Shown piece by piece: positions 47,451 through 57,170 of a DNA stretch of 64,000 bases. Below the pieces are notes generated by a model that worked only from the letters and a program-made list of their open reading frames with translations, ran no database searches and had not been told where the DNA came from. The stretch is taken from NCBI GenBank assembly GCA_044229845.1, contig JBGASG010000006.1, positions 160,001-224,000 on the forward strand, read 5' to 3'. A program made the translations under genes and the position numbers. The stretch is from Candidatus Obscuribacteraceae bacterium (GTDB lineage Bacteria > Cyanobacteriota > Vampirovibrionia > Obscuribacterales > Obscuribacteraceae). Numbering within the stretch: the first letter of the stretch is position 1; the number at the start of each line of letters is the position of its first letter.

Positions 47451-48548
47451 TCAGTGGGACTGACTGGTGCCACTAGATGCGGTGGCGTTGTAACGAGCCA
47501 ACCGGCGGCGCAGCTCGGGCAGCATTTTGCGGGCCGCAACCTCACCGCTCTTGATGGCGGCCGCCATATCTTCAGGATCAAACGAGCGCGTCTCAACATC
47601 ACCGAGGTCAGGCTCGATGAGCAAATCTGCGTTCTCCATGCCTTTGCGTTCCAGCTCAGCCATGACCATCGTCAGTACGCGATCGCTGTAATCGAGCCAG
47701 TTGCGAACGCGTTTTTTGTTGATCTCCGGCAATTTAGAATGCACTCGCACGCCAATTACAAATGGAGAGCAAGATGCCGCAGCCACTTCAGTGGGCAACT
47801 GGGAGCGCAGACCGCCATCGACCAAAAGCGCGTTATTGAGCTCGACCGGCTGGTATACAAAGGGAATCGCCGTGCTGGCAGCCACCGCATCGGTGATCTT
47901 GCCCTTGCGGATCCAGACCGGGCTTGTGTCCAAAAGATTGGTCGCAATCACGGCAACCGGAATTTTGAGTTGGTCCAGCTGCGTAACACCAGGTTTCAGC
48001 TCTTTGCTTACAAACTTCGCCATAGTCTTGCTTTTATACATGCCGATTGGCGGATGCATTCCGATCATGCGCTTTAGCGCGTATCCAGGGGTCGACTTGA
48101 TGGCCTGCCACTTCAATCCGCTGGGCAACAACCCTTTCCTCAATTCTCCGCTCAGACACATCTGCTCAAGTTCTTGCGGCGTGCGCCCCGAAGCATAGAG
48201 AACTCCGATCAAGGCACCGATACTGCTGCCGGCGATAAAGTCAGGTTTGATTCCTTCTTCTTCCAGCACCTTCAACACGCCGATGTGCGCGACACCGCGC
48301 CCGCCACCACCAGACAGCGTCAACGCGACATGTGGACGCCCGTCGCACTTAAATCCGTCCAGGTCGCCGTCCGGCGCCGCCGGTTGCTGCACGGAAACAC
48401 CCGGTTGCACCGGGGACACCTTCCCTTCCAGTGAGCTGCCAACGTCCTCGGCTTGTGCCCAACCAGACACCATCAAAGCGGTTAGGGAACTCAGTGCGAT
48501 ACTCAGTGCGGATCTCAGTGCGGACTTCCGGATCCTTTTCATGTTCAT
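47451..48548 (-). CDS. patatin-like phospholipase, exported
   Basis: LSGGGGRGVAHIG, GSSIG, DGG; signal peptide. Confidence 0.9.
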   Translation of the reverse strand: MNMKRIRKSALRSALSIALSSLTALMVSGWAQAEDVGSSLEGKVSPVQPGVSVQQPAAPDGDLDGFKCDGRPHVALTLSGGGGRGVAHIGVLKVLEEEGIKPDFIAGSSIGALIGVLYASGRTPQELEQMCLSGELRKGLLPSGLKWQAIKSTPGYALKRMIGMHPPIGMYKSKTMAKFVSKELKPGVTQLDQLKIPVAVIATNLLDTSPVWIRKGKITDAVAASTAIPFVYQPVELNNALLVDGGLRSQLPTEVAAASCSPFVIGVRVHSKLPEINKKRVRNWLDYSDRVLTMVMAELERKGMENADLLIEPDLGDVETRSFDPEDMAAAIKSGEVAARKMLPELRRRLARYNATASSGTSQSH

Positions 48549-48697
48549 GTTCACGCGGTCACCTGGAAAGCGGGACAACAAAATCACTGACTGATCAATC
48601 TGGAAGAAAGTGCCAGACGGCTGCCGTTCGCGATGAACAGGCAGCCGTCTGTGGTTATTCAGAGTTGAATGATTTGAAAAGGCGTCTTCGCTGTTAA

Positions 48698-49135
48698 CTA
48701 GCGCGCGGCGGCTTTCAGATTTGCTTTCAATTCAATCTTGGTGCCGGCCAGTGCCTTCGAAACCGGGCAGCCTTTTTTGGCATTCTCGGCTTCCTTCTGG
48801 AAAGTGGCATCATCGATGTTCGGCACGTCGCCTTCTGTTTCCAGAACGATGCGTGTAATCTCGAAACCTTCGCCAACCTTCTCCAGATGGACGTGAGCAG
48901 TGGTCTGAATGCTGGTCGGTGTGAATCCAGCCTTGCCAAGACCGGCTGAGAAAGCCATCGAGAAGCAACCAGCGTGAGCAGCGGCAATCAGTTCTTCGGG
49001 ATTTGTGCCTTTGCCGCTTTCGAAGCGCGACGGGAACGAGTACTGTCCTTCGAAGGCTCCACTGCCGAGCTTGACTGTGCCCTGGCCTTCCTTCAGATTG
49101 CCCTTCCATTCAGCCTTAGCGGTACGTTCTGTCAT
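48698..49135 (-). CDS. osmC: OsmC family peroxiredoxin
   Basis: GTNPEELIAAAHAGCFSMA, AKKGCPVSKAL. Confidence 0.93.
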   Translation of the reverse strand: MTERTAKAEWKGNLKEGQGTVKLGSGAFEGQYSFPSRFESGKGTNPEELIAAAHAGCFSMAFSAGLGKAGFTPTSIQTTAHVHLEKVGEGFEITRIVLETEGDVPNIDDATFQKEAENAKKGCPVSKALAGTKIELKANLKAAAR

Positions 49136-49247
49136 ATGTCCTCCAGAAATTTTTGACCGGGGGCATGAATTTATCACATTGCGTCGGCAATTGATCGTCT
49201 CCAGGCGGCGGCCTCGCTATCTGCCACCACTTGCGGTACCAAATCGG

Positions 49248-50618
49248 TCACAACATTTTTGTCAAACGAGCGTTGAGAAACATGACCGCAGCGAAAATCG
49301 CCATTGCCAGGCGCGATACGAAAATTGCCAACCAGATGCCGACGAAACCCATGCCAAATGTAACGCTAAATACGTACGCCATCGGGATGCGCAGGGCGAT
49401 GTACCCAACGAATTGAGCAGCGCACGGCAATGCTGTTCTGCCGGCGCCCTCCAGGCAGGCAAAGAGAATGAAAGCGAATGCAATCACCGGCAGCGCGATC
49501 ATGGCACCATTAGTACCAACGCAGACACAATCTACTAATGCTTCGCTATTCGAAAACAAGCGAGCCAGGCTCTCTCCTCCCAATTGAATCAGTCCACCGC
49601 CCACCAACATGAGCCCGGCGGTGGCGCAGGCCAGCTGCCATCCAAGCGCACGCGCTTGCTCGCTGAACCCGGCACCAACGTGACGCCCGACCATAGCGGC
49701 GCTCACCGACGACATAGCGACAAGCGGCAATATGCCGAATGTTTCTTCAATCTTCAAAACCACTGAGTATGCGGCTTGCAGGGTTTCGCTCTGCGGGTGC
49801 TTACCGAGAATTGCATAAAGCGCGTACAGCGAAACGATGTAGCAGCCTTCAGAAACCAGAACAGGAATGCCAACTTGTGCAAATGACAATAATCGTTCCC
49901 TGGCTGGTGGAAGAAACGCGACTGTCGGCGCGCGCCAGGCATCGCAGCCCGACAGGAACGACCGCAGTAAGAAACTGCCGTACAGCGCTCCCAGTAATGC
50001 GCCGGCGTCCCAGGCTGCTGCCAGCGCCATCAAAGAATGGTGCAATGGTGACTGTTCCAGAAAATAAATCGGGATGACGCCGCCAATACTCACAACTGCG
50101 ATCAGTGACCAAATCCGCAAGCAATCAGCAGTTCCATTATTCGCACGAAATATTGAGGCTTGCACCAGCACCAACATGAAAGGCAAATTGCCCAATGCGC
50201 ACATCTGCAAGTAAGGCACTCCGAGAACTCTCACTGGTTGGGTGCAGCCCACCATCTCCATTGCCGGCTGTGCGCCAACATATAAAAGGAATGTCGAAAG
50301 AGCGCCGAACGCGGCCGCCAACCACAATCCATCGAGCGCATACCGCCTGGCTGCCGCACTTCTGTTGGCACCCAGGGACTGTGACACAAAGCAACTGGTA
50401 GCGGCAGCCAGTCCCGTTGCTATCAACACCATCACGAAAATCACCTGGTCCGCTACCCCGACTGCCGCTTGAGCGGCAGCGCCGTGCCATCCGGCAACCG
50501 CCATATCAACCACGCCGATCAGACAAAACACCAACGAGGTGGCTATCAGAGGCAAGGCCATACGTACCGCCGCGCCAATATTGGAGCGGCGAACATCCAG
50601 TTGTAATGAAGCTTGCAT
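49248..50618 (-). CDS. MATE family efflux transporter
   Basis: MALPL..VDMAVAG, VSQSLGA, about 12 TM helices, GFVGIWLA. Confidence 0.88.
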   Translation of the reverse strand: MQASLQLDVRRSNIGAAVRMALPLIATSLVFCLIGVVDMAVAGWHGAAAQAAVGVADQVIFVMVLIATGLAAATSCFVSQSLGANRSAAARRYALDGLWLAAAFGALSTFLLYVGAQPAMEMVGCTQPVRVLGVPYLQMCALGNLPFMLVLVQASIFRANNGTADCLRIWSLIAVVSIGGVIPIYFLEQSPLHHSLMALAAAWDAGALLGALYGSFLLRSFLSGCDAWRAPTVAFLPPARERLLSFAQVGIPVLVSEGCYIVSLYALYAILGKHPQSETLQAAYSVVLKIEETFGILPLVAMSSVSAAMVGRHVGAGFSEQARALGWQLACATAGLMLVGGGLIQLGGESLARLFSNSEALVDCVCVGTNGAMIALPVIAFAFILFACLEGAGRTALPCAAQFVGYIALRIPMAYVFSVTFGMGFVGIWLAIFVSRLAMAIFAAVMFLNARLTKML

Positions 50619-50690
50619 AAAATCTCCCGCGCCAAATCGGGTACGCGACGGCGAACCCCAACCGATATCGGTTGAGGTGGTCAAGCGAGC

Positions 50691-50720
50691 CCGAGCTAAA
50701 GCGATATCGCTTTAACTCGG
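50691..50720. repeat. GCGATATCGC palindromic repeat, 1 copy
   Basis: ccgagctaaagcgatatcgctttaactcgg. Confidence 0.85.
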
Positions 50721-50749
50721 ACTGACCGAATGGCGACTTGATGTGGTAT

Positions 50750-50787
50750 AACAGTTGAACGTGGTAACGTTACCACGTTCAACTGTT
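50750..50787. promoter_or_regulatory. perfect 38-bp palindrome (putative operator)
   Basis: aacagttgaacgtggtaac|gttaccacgttcaactgtt, overlapping the end of TGGTATAAC. Confidence 0.6.
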
Positions 50788-50809
50788 GGCGGTCAATCGG
50801 GTCGCTGAA

Positions 50810-51508
50810 ATGTCTCCTAAAAAGTCCACAAAAGCTGCAGTGACCTGGTTTGAGGCACTTAACGAGCAATCGTTATGGACATCGGCCGCCATGCGCAACA
50901 ACTGGTTGTCCGAAGTGACGGGACGGTCGATTGCTCCAAGCCAGGCTGCGCTGGCTAAGTTCGACGATACACTGCGGCAGATCCGGCTGCATGCGGGCGC
51001 CATGCACTTTGGAAATGCCGACAACGTGGATTGGTTGAACCATGATTTGGGCAAGTGCCAGGCGGGACTGTATAAGACGACCGGCGAATCGCGCTTGCCC
51101 AGCTTCCGGGTGGAAGCGCACAGCAGTAATGATGATGAGATACTGGAGTCCCTGAGACTGACTCTGATCATGCAGTTCGCGGCATTCGTCGGTGATGTGA
51201 TGCAGAACGGTGACCAGCCGTCACGCATCGAGCGGTGCGAAGGGCTTTATCGCGACGACGACCTGCCGGCTGTAGCGAGATTTCCCAAAGACGTGGAAAC
51301 TAAATGGCGTCGTGAAATCGAGGCGCTCGATGGCAGCGCCGAGTCCGCGGACGATGTTCTGCGGTGTGGAGATTTCTTTTTGAAGTCGCCAAAGGCACGT
51401 TTCTGTTCTGACAAGTGCAGATTCACAACGTTCCAGATAGTAAAGCAATTGCAGGAACCGGATTACCTGGCAAATAAACAGAAGCGGTATCGCGAACGCA
51501 ACAAGTGA
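50810..51508 (+). CDS. CGNR-like zinc-finger protein
   Basis: RIERC...CGDFF...ARFCSDKCR followed by a basic C-terminus. Confidence 0.6.
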   Translation: MSPKKSTKAAVTWFEALNEQSLWTSAAMRNNWLSEVTGRSIAPSQAALAKFDDTLRQIRLHAGAMHFGNADNVDWLNHDLGKCQAGLYKTTGESRLPSFRVEAHSSNDDEILESLRLTLIMQFAAFVGDVMQNGDQPSRIERCEGLYRDDDLPAVARFPKDVETKWRREIEALDGSAESADDVLRCGDFFLKSPKARFCSDKCRFTTFQIVKQLQEPDYLANKQKRYRERNK

Positions 51509-51978
51509 ATAGTGGAACCGTGAAAGTATTTATCGACGCCGACGCTTGTCCCAACCAGATCAAAGATCTGATCGTTCGCGCAGTGCACCGCCTGCAAGTT
51601 GAGACTTTCTTTGTTGCGAACAAACAAATCTTGCTGCCGGAATCACCGTTTCTCTCCTCCGTGCAGGTCTCGCTTGGACCGGACGTCGCCGACGCCTATA
51701 TAGAGACCCACGCCCGGAGCGGAGATCTTGTCGTCACGCAGGATGTTCCTCTGGCGGGACTGTTGGTGCCACGTGGTATCACGGTGATCAGCCCGCGTGG
51801 ACATCTCTGGACGGAAGAGAACATCAACGAGGCTAAAGCAACTCGCGATCTTATGGAGACGCTGCGTGACTCAGGCACCGTATCTGGTGGTCCGCGACCG
51901 TTCGACGAGCGCCTGAAACGTGAGTTCGCCCGACACTTCGATGCAGCCCTTCAGCGGCTGCACAAACCAAAGGAATAG
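51505..51978 (+). CDS. YaiI/YqxD (DUF188) family protein
   Basis: FIDADACP, DVAD, GDLVVTQDVPLA, GGPRPF. Confidence 0.9.
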   Translation: MNSGTVKVFIDADACPNQIKDLIVRAVHRLQVETFFVANKQILLPESPFLSSVQVSLGPDVADAYIETHARSGDLVVTQDVPLAGLLVPRGITVISPRGHLWTEENINEAKATRDLMETLRDSGTVSGGPRPFDERLKREFARHFDAALQRLHKPKE

Positions 51979-52012
51979 TGGTCGCAGCCTGAGTTGGGCG
52001 CACTGCACTGTA

Positions 52013-54499
52013 CTAAGAGCTGGATTTGCCTTCGCTCGGGGCGGGCGCTGCCTCGGTTTCGATGACGATTTCGTCGTCCTTCGCCAGCACTTTCACCGAG
52101 CCGCCGTGTTCCAATTTGCCGAAGAGAATTTCTTCGGAGAGCGGCTCTTTTAGTTTTTGCTGAACCACTCGGCCCATTGGGCGAGCCCCGAACAAGCGAT
52201 CGAATCCCTGAGTGGCCAGCACCTCGCGAGCTTCCTCTGTCAAGTCTAAAGTGACCTGCTTCTCCTTCAGTTGCGCGCGCAGCTCCTCGACGAACTTATC
52301 GACGACGCGTTTGACATCGTCCCGCGTCAATTGGTTGAAGTGCACTATGCCGTCCAGGCGGTTTCGAAATTCCGGAGTGAATTCGCGCTCGATCGCCGTT
52401 TTCGCCTTGCCGGAAGCCATGGCGCTCTGCGCGAAGTCCTTCCCTTCAACAGCGCGGAAACCAATATCTTCGCTGGCCATTTCGCGCGCCCCGGCGTTGG
52501 TGGTCATGATCAGGATTACCTGGCGAAAGTCGGCTTTCTTGCCGTTGTTGTCGGTGAGACTGGCGTGGTCCATAACCTGCAACAGTATGTTGAACAGATC
52601 CGGGTGCGCCTTTTCAATTTCATCCAGAACCAGCACCGAATGCGGTGACTTGTTGATGGCGTCGGTCAGCAAGCCGCCCTGGTCGAAACCGACGTATCCA
52701 GGCGGCGCGCCGATCAGGCGCGACACGGTGTGTTTCTCCATGTATTCGCTCATGTCGAAACGGAGGAACTGCACTCCCATAACGCGAGCAATCTGTTTGG
52801 CGAGCTCGGTTTTGCCAACTCCGGTCGGTCCGGCGAAAAGGAACGAGCCGACCGGTTTCAATGCATTGCCCAATCCGGATCGCGACAACTTGATGGAACG
52901 CACCACTTGATCGATGGCGTGATCCTGTCCATATATCACCGACTTCAGTTCGCGATCCAGTGCCAGGAGCCGTTCCTTGTCCGAACCAGACACCGACTTC
53001 GCCGGCACCTTGGCGATGCTCGCGACCACCTGTTCGACATCGTTAACAGTAACTTCAGGGCGCGGCTTGTCGTCGGCATTGGAAGCAGCGTCGGCATTGG
53101 AAGCAGCGGCGGCATCAGAAGCAGCGGCGGCATCGGAAGCGCCAGCTGTGCGGTCGGCGCCGGTACCGCGCGCTGCAACTGCGGCGCCACTGCCGGACGG
53201 CGCGGTCGACGCACCAGAAGCGGCGGCTTCGGCGACAGGCGCGTCTTCCGTGCAATGAACCAGACGCACAATGGCACCAGCCTCGTCGAGAATATCAATT
53301 GCCTTGTCGGGCAAGAAACGATCGTTTATGTGCTTGGCGGACAGCTCGGCAGCCGCAGTCAATGCCTCTTCCTGATACGTGACCTTGTGGTGATCCTCGT
53401 ACTGCTTTTTCAATCCTTGCAGGATCTTGATCGTGTCCTCAATTGAAGGTTCGGCAATCTCAATCTTCTGGAAGCGGCGAGCCAGCGCCTTATCTTTTTC
53501 AAAAGACGCCTTGTACTCCGGATAGGTCGTTGATCCTATACAGCGCAGCTCGCCCGCGTGCAGCGCCGGTTTAAGAATATTGGAGGCATCCATGGCGCCG
53601 CCTTCCACAGCACCGGCACGGACAATCGTGTGAATCTCGTCGATCACCAGAATGCATCCCGGCTTTTGCTGCAACGCCTTGATCACATCTTTGAGTCGCT
53701 GCTCGAACTGACCGCGAAACTTGGTTCCCGCGATCAAAGAACCCATATCGAGCTGGTAGATCTCGACGTTACGCAGAGGCGGAGGCACGTTGCCGTTGAA
53801 AATGTTGAGCGCCAGCCCCTCGGCAATGGCCGTCTTCCCGACACCCGGATCTCCGACATAAATAGGATTGTTCTTCCGGCGCCGGCAAAGCACCTGCACG
53901 GTGCGCTTAAGTTCCGCTTCCCGACCAATCAGAGGATCGATTTTGCCCTCTCTGGCACGCTCGATCAGATTGACCGTGTATGCCTCCAGGGGATCCTTTT
54001 GTTGCGGCGCGTCGCCTTCGCTACTATCGCCATCCGGAACCGCCCCATCATCACCGGGACGTCCACCCACCTTGGAAATGCCATGCGAAATGTAATTGAG
54101 CACATCGAGACGGGAGATGCCCTGTTTCTCCAGAAGATACACCGCGTGTGAACGCCGCTCCTGGAACATGGCAGCCAGAACATTGCCACCATCTACGGTG
54201 CTCTGCATCGAAGAGCGTGCTTGCTGAATCGCCCGATCCATGACTCGCTGGAATGCCGCCGTAGCTTCCGGATTTTTCTGCGTTTCCGGTGGCAGCTGCT
54301 CCATGTTTTTTTCGATAAACTCGTCTACTTCCTTTTTTAGCGCACCGACGTTACCGCCGCAATTGCGCACGATGTCGGCGGTCGTCTTTTCATCGAGCAG
54401 ACAGAACAACAGGTGCTCGAGCGTCACATATTCATGGCGCCGGCTGAAGCAGTCGTCGACAGTGTGTTGCAGGGTTTTTTGCAGTTCTGGTGTTAGCAT
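52013..54499 (-). CDS. clpA: ATP-dependent Clp protease ATPase
   Basis: [40 protein letters not shown]; adjacent to clpS; Ala-rich insertion between the AAA domains. Confidence 0.95.
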   Translation of the reverse strand: MLTPELQKTLQHTVDDCFSRRHEYVTLEHLLFCLLDEKTTADIVRNCGGNVGALKKEVDEFIEKNMEQLPPETQKNPEATAAFQRVMDRAIQQARSSMQSTVDGGNVLAAMFQERRSHAVYLLEKQGISRLDVLNYISHGISKVGGRPGDDGAVPDGDSSEGDAPQQKDPLEAYTVNLIERAREGKIDPLIGREAELKRTVQVLCRRRKNNPIYVGDPGVGKTAIAEGLALNIFNGNVPPPLRNVEIYQLDMGSLIAGTKFRGQFEQRLKDVIKALQQKPGCILVIDEIHTIVRAGAVEGGAMDASNILKPALHAGELRCIGSTTYPEYKASFEKDKALARRFQKIEIAEPSIEDTIKILQGLKKQYEDHHKVTYQEEALTAAAELSAKHINDRFLPDKAIDILDEAGAIVRLVHCTEDAPVAEAAASGASTAPSGSGAAVAARGTGADRTAGASDAAAASDAAAASNADAASNADDKPRPEVTVNDVEQVVASIAKVPAKSVSGSDKERLLALDRELKSVIYGQDHAIDQVVRSIKLSRSGLGNALKPVGSFLFAGPTGVGKTELAKQIARVMGVQFLRFDMSEYMEKHTVSRLIGAPPGYVGFDQGGLLTDAINKSPHSVLVLDEIEKAHPDLFNILLQVMDHASLTDNNGKKADFRQVILIMTTNAGAREMASEDIGFRAVEGKDFAQSAMASGKAKTAIEREFTPEFRNRLDGIVHFNQLTRDDVKRVVDKFVEELRAQLKEKQVTLDLTEEAREVLATQGFDRLFGARPMGRVVQQKLKEPLSEEILFGKLEHGGSVKVLAKDDEIVIETEAAPAPSEGKSSS

Positions 54500-54512
54500 C
54501 GGAGTTCGCCAA

Positions 54513-54854
54513 TTACTCTTCTTCTATGGTACACAGGAGCGGAAAATCTTGCTCCTGTGCCAGGGCAATCACCTTATTTACTTTTGCCTCTGCAATCTCA
54601 TAGGTAAACACTCCCGCCACGCCCACTCCCGCATAATGGACAGCCAGCATGATGTTCTCCGCCTCCATCATGCCTTTGTTGAAAACGTTAACGAGGATGT
54701 AGACGACGAAATCCATACTGGTAAAGTCGTCGTTGTGCAGCAGAACTTTATACAAGGGCGGCTTTTCGACCTTGGGCCGCGTTTCGGTAGCAAGGCCGGT
54801 TCCACCCTTGCCCTCGCCATCACCATCATCGTCGTCGTCTTCCCACTCGGGCAT
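54513..54854 (-). CDS. clpS: Clp protease adaptor
   Basis: PPLYKVLLHNDDFTSMDFV...IMLAVH..G...EIAE.K...FPL. Confidence 0.95.
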   Translation of the reverse strand: MPEWEDDDDDGDGEGKGGTGLATETRPKVEKPPLYKVLLHNDDFTSMDFVVYILVNVFNKGMMEAENIMLAVHYAGVGVAGVFTYEIAEAKVNKVIALAQEQDFPLLCTIEEE

Positions 54855-54973
54855 TTTGGTCGGCTCTCTGCGCTGTTCCGGGGCTCCGCTATTGTACAGC
54901 CGGATTTATTCCTCACAAAACCCCTCTTGGCAATTGTCGCAAAACACCCTCTTTTGTCGCAAAGGTGAGACAC

Positions 54974-55007
54974 TCCGGAGCTAAAGCGATATCGCTTTAG
55001 ATTCGGG
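54974..55007. repeat. GCGATATCGC palindromic repeat, 1 copy
   Basis: tccggagctaaagcgatatcgctttagattcggg. Confidence 0.85.
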
Positions 55008-55068
55008 GCAATGGCTCAAACCTGGCGGGCGCTTAAAATAGCACTGTAGCCGACGGAGAGTCGCAGTT

Positions 55069-55842
55069 GTGGCAGACCTGGCCAATTGGGTGCTTGATTA
55101 TTTCGGTCGGGCGAGTTTGACCGACGCGGCTTTCTGGCTGTTTATGCAAAACGTTTTGCAGTTTGTCATGTGCCTGGCTGCCGGGCAGGTTCTCGTCGGG
55201 TTGTTTGCTAACCGGCGGGTAATCGAGGCACCTTTGCCGCTTGAGAAACGCGAAGTGCTGCTGGCATTGTCAGTTGTGTTTTTGAACACGATGGTGGCGG
55301 TGGCCGGGTGGTACTTGTGGCGCCTTGGAATTATCAAGATTAACCGCGATCTGGGCTTGTGGACATTGATAGATGTGGTATTGCTCCTGGTGGCGATGGA
55401 CTTTCTCATGTATGTTACGCACCGTATGTGCCACCATCCCAGGTTGTTTCCCATCGTGCACCAGACTCACCACATTTATGACAAGCCTCGCCCACTGTCG
55501 CTGTTCGTTCTGAATCCAGTGGAGGTCTTCGGATTTGGCTCGCTCTGGCTGCTCGTGCTCGCCGCCCATTCGTGGTCGTGGATGGCGATTTGCATTTACC
55601 TTATGCTCAATGCCACATTCGGAACCCTGGGGCATCTGGGTGTCGAGCCGTTCCCCGATATCTGGACGAGGCTACCTGTAATCGGGCGGCTGACCACCAG
55701 CACCTTCCACGGGCAGCACCATCAGGACAAGGATTTCAATTTCGGATTCTACACCGACATTTGGGACCGGATGTTTCGCACTCTGCACAAAGCCTACGGA
55801 CAGGTATGCGCGCCGGTATCTGAGCCATCGCGAGATCAGTAG
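55069..55842 (+). CDS. sterol desaturase / fatty acid hydroxylase family protein
   Basis: His boxes HRMCH, HQTHH, GHLG, HGQHH; NFG...WDRMF. Confidence 0.88.
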   Translation: MADLANWVLDYFGRASLTDAAFWLFMQNVLQFVMCLAAGQVLVGLFANRRVIEAPLPLEKREVLLALSVVFLNTMVAVAGWYLWRLGIIKINRDLGLWTLIDVVLLLVAMDFLMYVTHRMCHHPRLFPIVHQTHHIYDKPRPLSLFVLNPVEVFGFGSLWLLVLAAHSWSWMAICIYLMLNATFGTLGHLGVEPFPDIWTRLPVIGRLTTSTFHGQHHQDKDFNFGFYTDIWDRMFRTLHKAYGQVCAPVSEPSRDQ

Positions 55843-55905
55843 GCGGCTGCAAATGTCGTAGACAGCGGATTTGGCAGTGCGGCTTAGGCAGTGTGATACG
55901 TGGCG

Positions 55906-57159
55906 TTACTGCGTGCGCACAAGTCCAATTGGCAGCGGCTTGAAGCCTGGAAATACTTCCGAGACATTCGGGGTTCCCATCAGACTGATCAGGATCTCCG
56001 AGAGCACATTGCGGTAGTCGAGGTTAATTGACAATCCGCCGGGTCCGAGCAGGAACGCATCGCGTTCGTCGAGTCCCGGATACTTTCCGTGAATGGTACC
56101 GCCGGCGATGCGATTCCCAAGCGCCAGCACCGCGAAACCCCGTCCGTGATCGGTGCCCAGCGAGCCGTTTTCATAGATGCGCCGGCCAAACTCAGTCATC
56201 ACCAGAACAGTGACCCGATCGCGGAAGTGAACAATGTCCCGGTCGAACGCGGCCAGCCCCCGCGCCAATATGTCGATGGACGCCGCCTGCAATCCTTCGC
56301 CGGCGCCCTGAATGAAATGGGTGTCCCAACCGTCCAGATCGACGCACGCAACCTCGACACCGACGTTTCCCTTGATCAGACGCGCAATCTCGCGCAGCCC
56401 TGTGCCGAAATCGTGTTCCGGATAGGTGATGCCCGACTCCGGCTTGTACTCATGTTCGCGAATCGCCTGCACTCTCGTCAAAAGTTTCAATGTCGCCGCA
56501 CCGGATGAGCTGAGCAGCCCGACCTCGGCTCCATACATTTTGGAGAGCGCATCGCAAAGCGGGGCAGCAAGCGGGGCGGCGACATCGAGCTTCACCTCGT
56601 CGACGGAAGCAAGAGCGGTCGCCACAGGCGCGCCGCGCAAAGATTCCGGAATGCTTGCCCCGATTGCCACCGCTCGCAGTGGCGTTGACGTGCCGGCGCC
56701 GGCGGCGATCTCACCGGTCGCCCGCGCGGCTAAGAACCGTCCCAGCCAGCCGCCGCCGATGGTCTTCTTGTAGGCTTCGCCGTGCTCCATTTGATCCTGC
56801 GTATCGAAATGCGATCCGCTTGGGTTGTCGGTTCCGACAGCCTGCACGATACCGAGGCGATGATCGCGAAACGCGTCCAGCAGAGGTTTCATCTTGGGAT
56901 GAAACCCGTAAAAATCATTCAGCCGCAAGGCCGAGGCGCCGGTGACGGACGCCACTCCGGGTCTGGGGATGGCGATCGTGGGGCGCGCCTTGTAGTAGTC
57001 ATCGTCGGCGTGAGGCACAACGATGTTCAACATATCGGCGCCCCCGCGCAAAAACACGCAAACGAGCGTATGGCGGCTGCGGGCATCCGCCTGGGAATTG
57101 TCGGCTACAAGAAGTTTCTTCAAAAATGTGCGGCGAGAAACTGGCATGGCGGGCGGCAA
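55906..57159 (-). CDS. DUF1501 domain protein
   Basis: SRRTFLK, FLRGGAD, SHFD.QD, GWDTH, TEFGR...GTDHG. Confidence 0.9.
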   Translation of the reverse strand: MPPAMPVSRRTFLKKLLVADNSQADARSRHTLVCVFLRGGADMLNIVVPHADDDYYKARPTIAIPRPGVASVTGASALRLNDFYGFHPKMKPLLDAFRDHRLGIVQAVGTDNPSGSHFDTQDQMEHGEAYKKTIGGGWLGRFLAARATGEIAAGAGTSTPLRAVAIGASIPESLRGAPVATALASVDEVKLDVAAPLAAPLCDALSKMYGAEVGLLSSSGAATLKLLTRVQAIREHEYKPESGITYPEHDFGTGLREIARLIKGNVGVEVACVDLDGWDTHFIQGAGEGLQAASIDILARGLAAFDRDIVHFRDRVTVLVMTEFGRRIYENGSLGTDHGRGFAVLALGNRIAGGTIHGKYPGLDERDAFLLGPGGLSINLDYRNVLSEILISLMGTPNVSEVFPGFKPLPIGLVRTQ

Positions 57160-57170
57160 TCAACCTCGAG

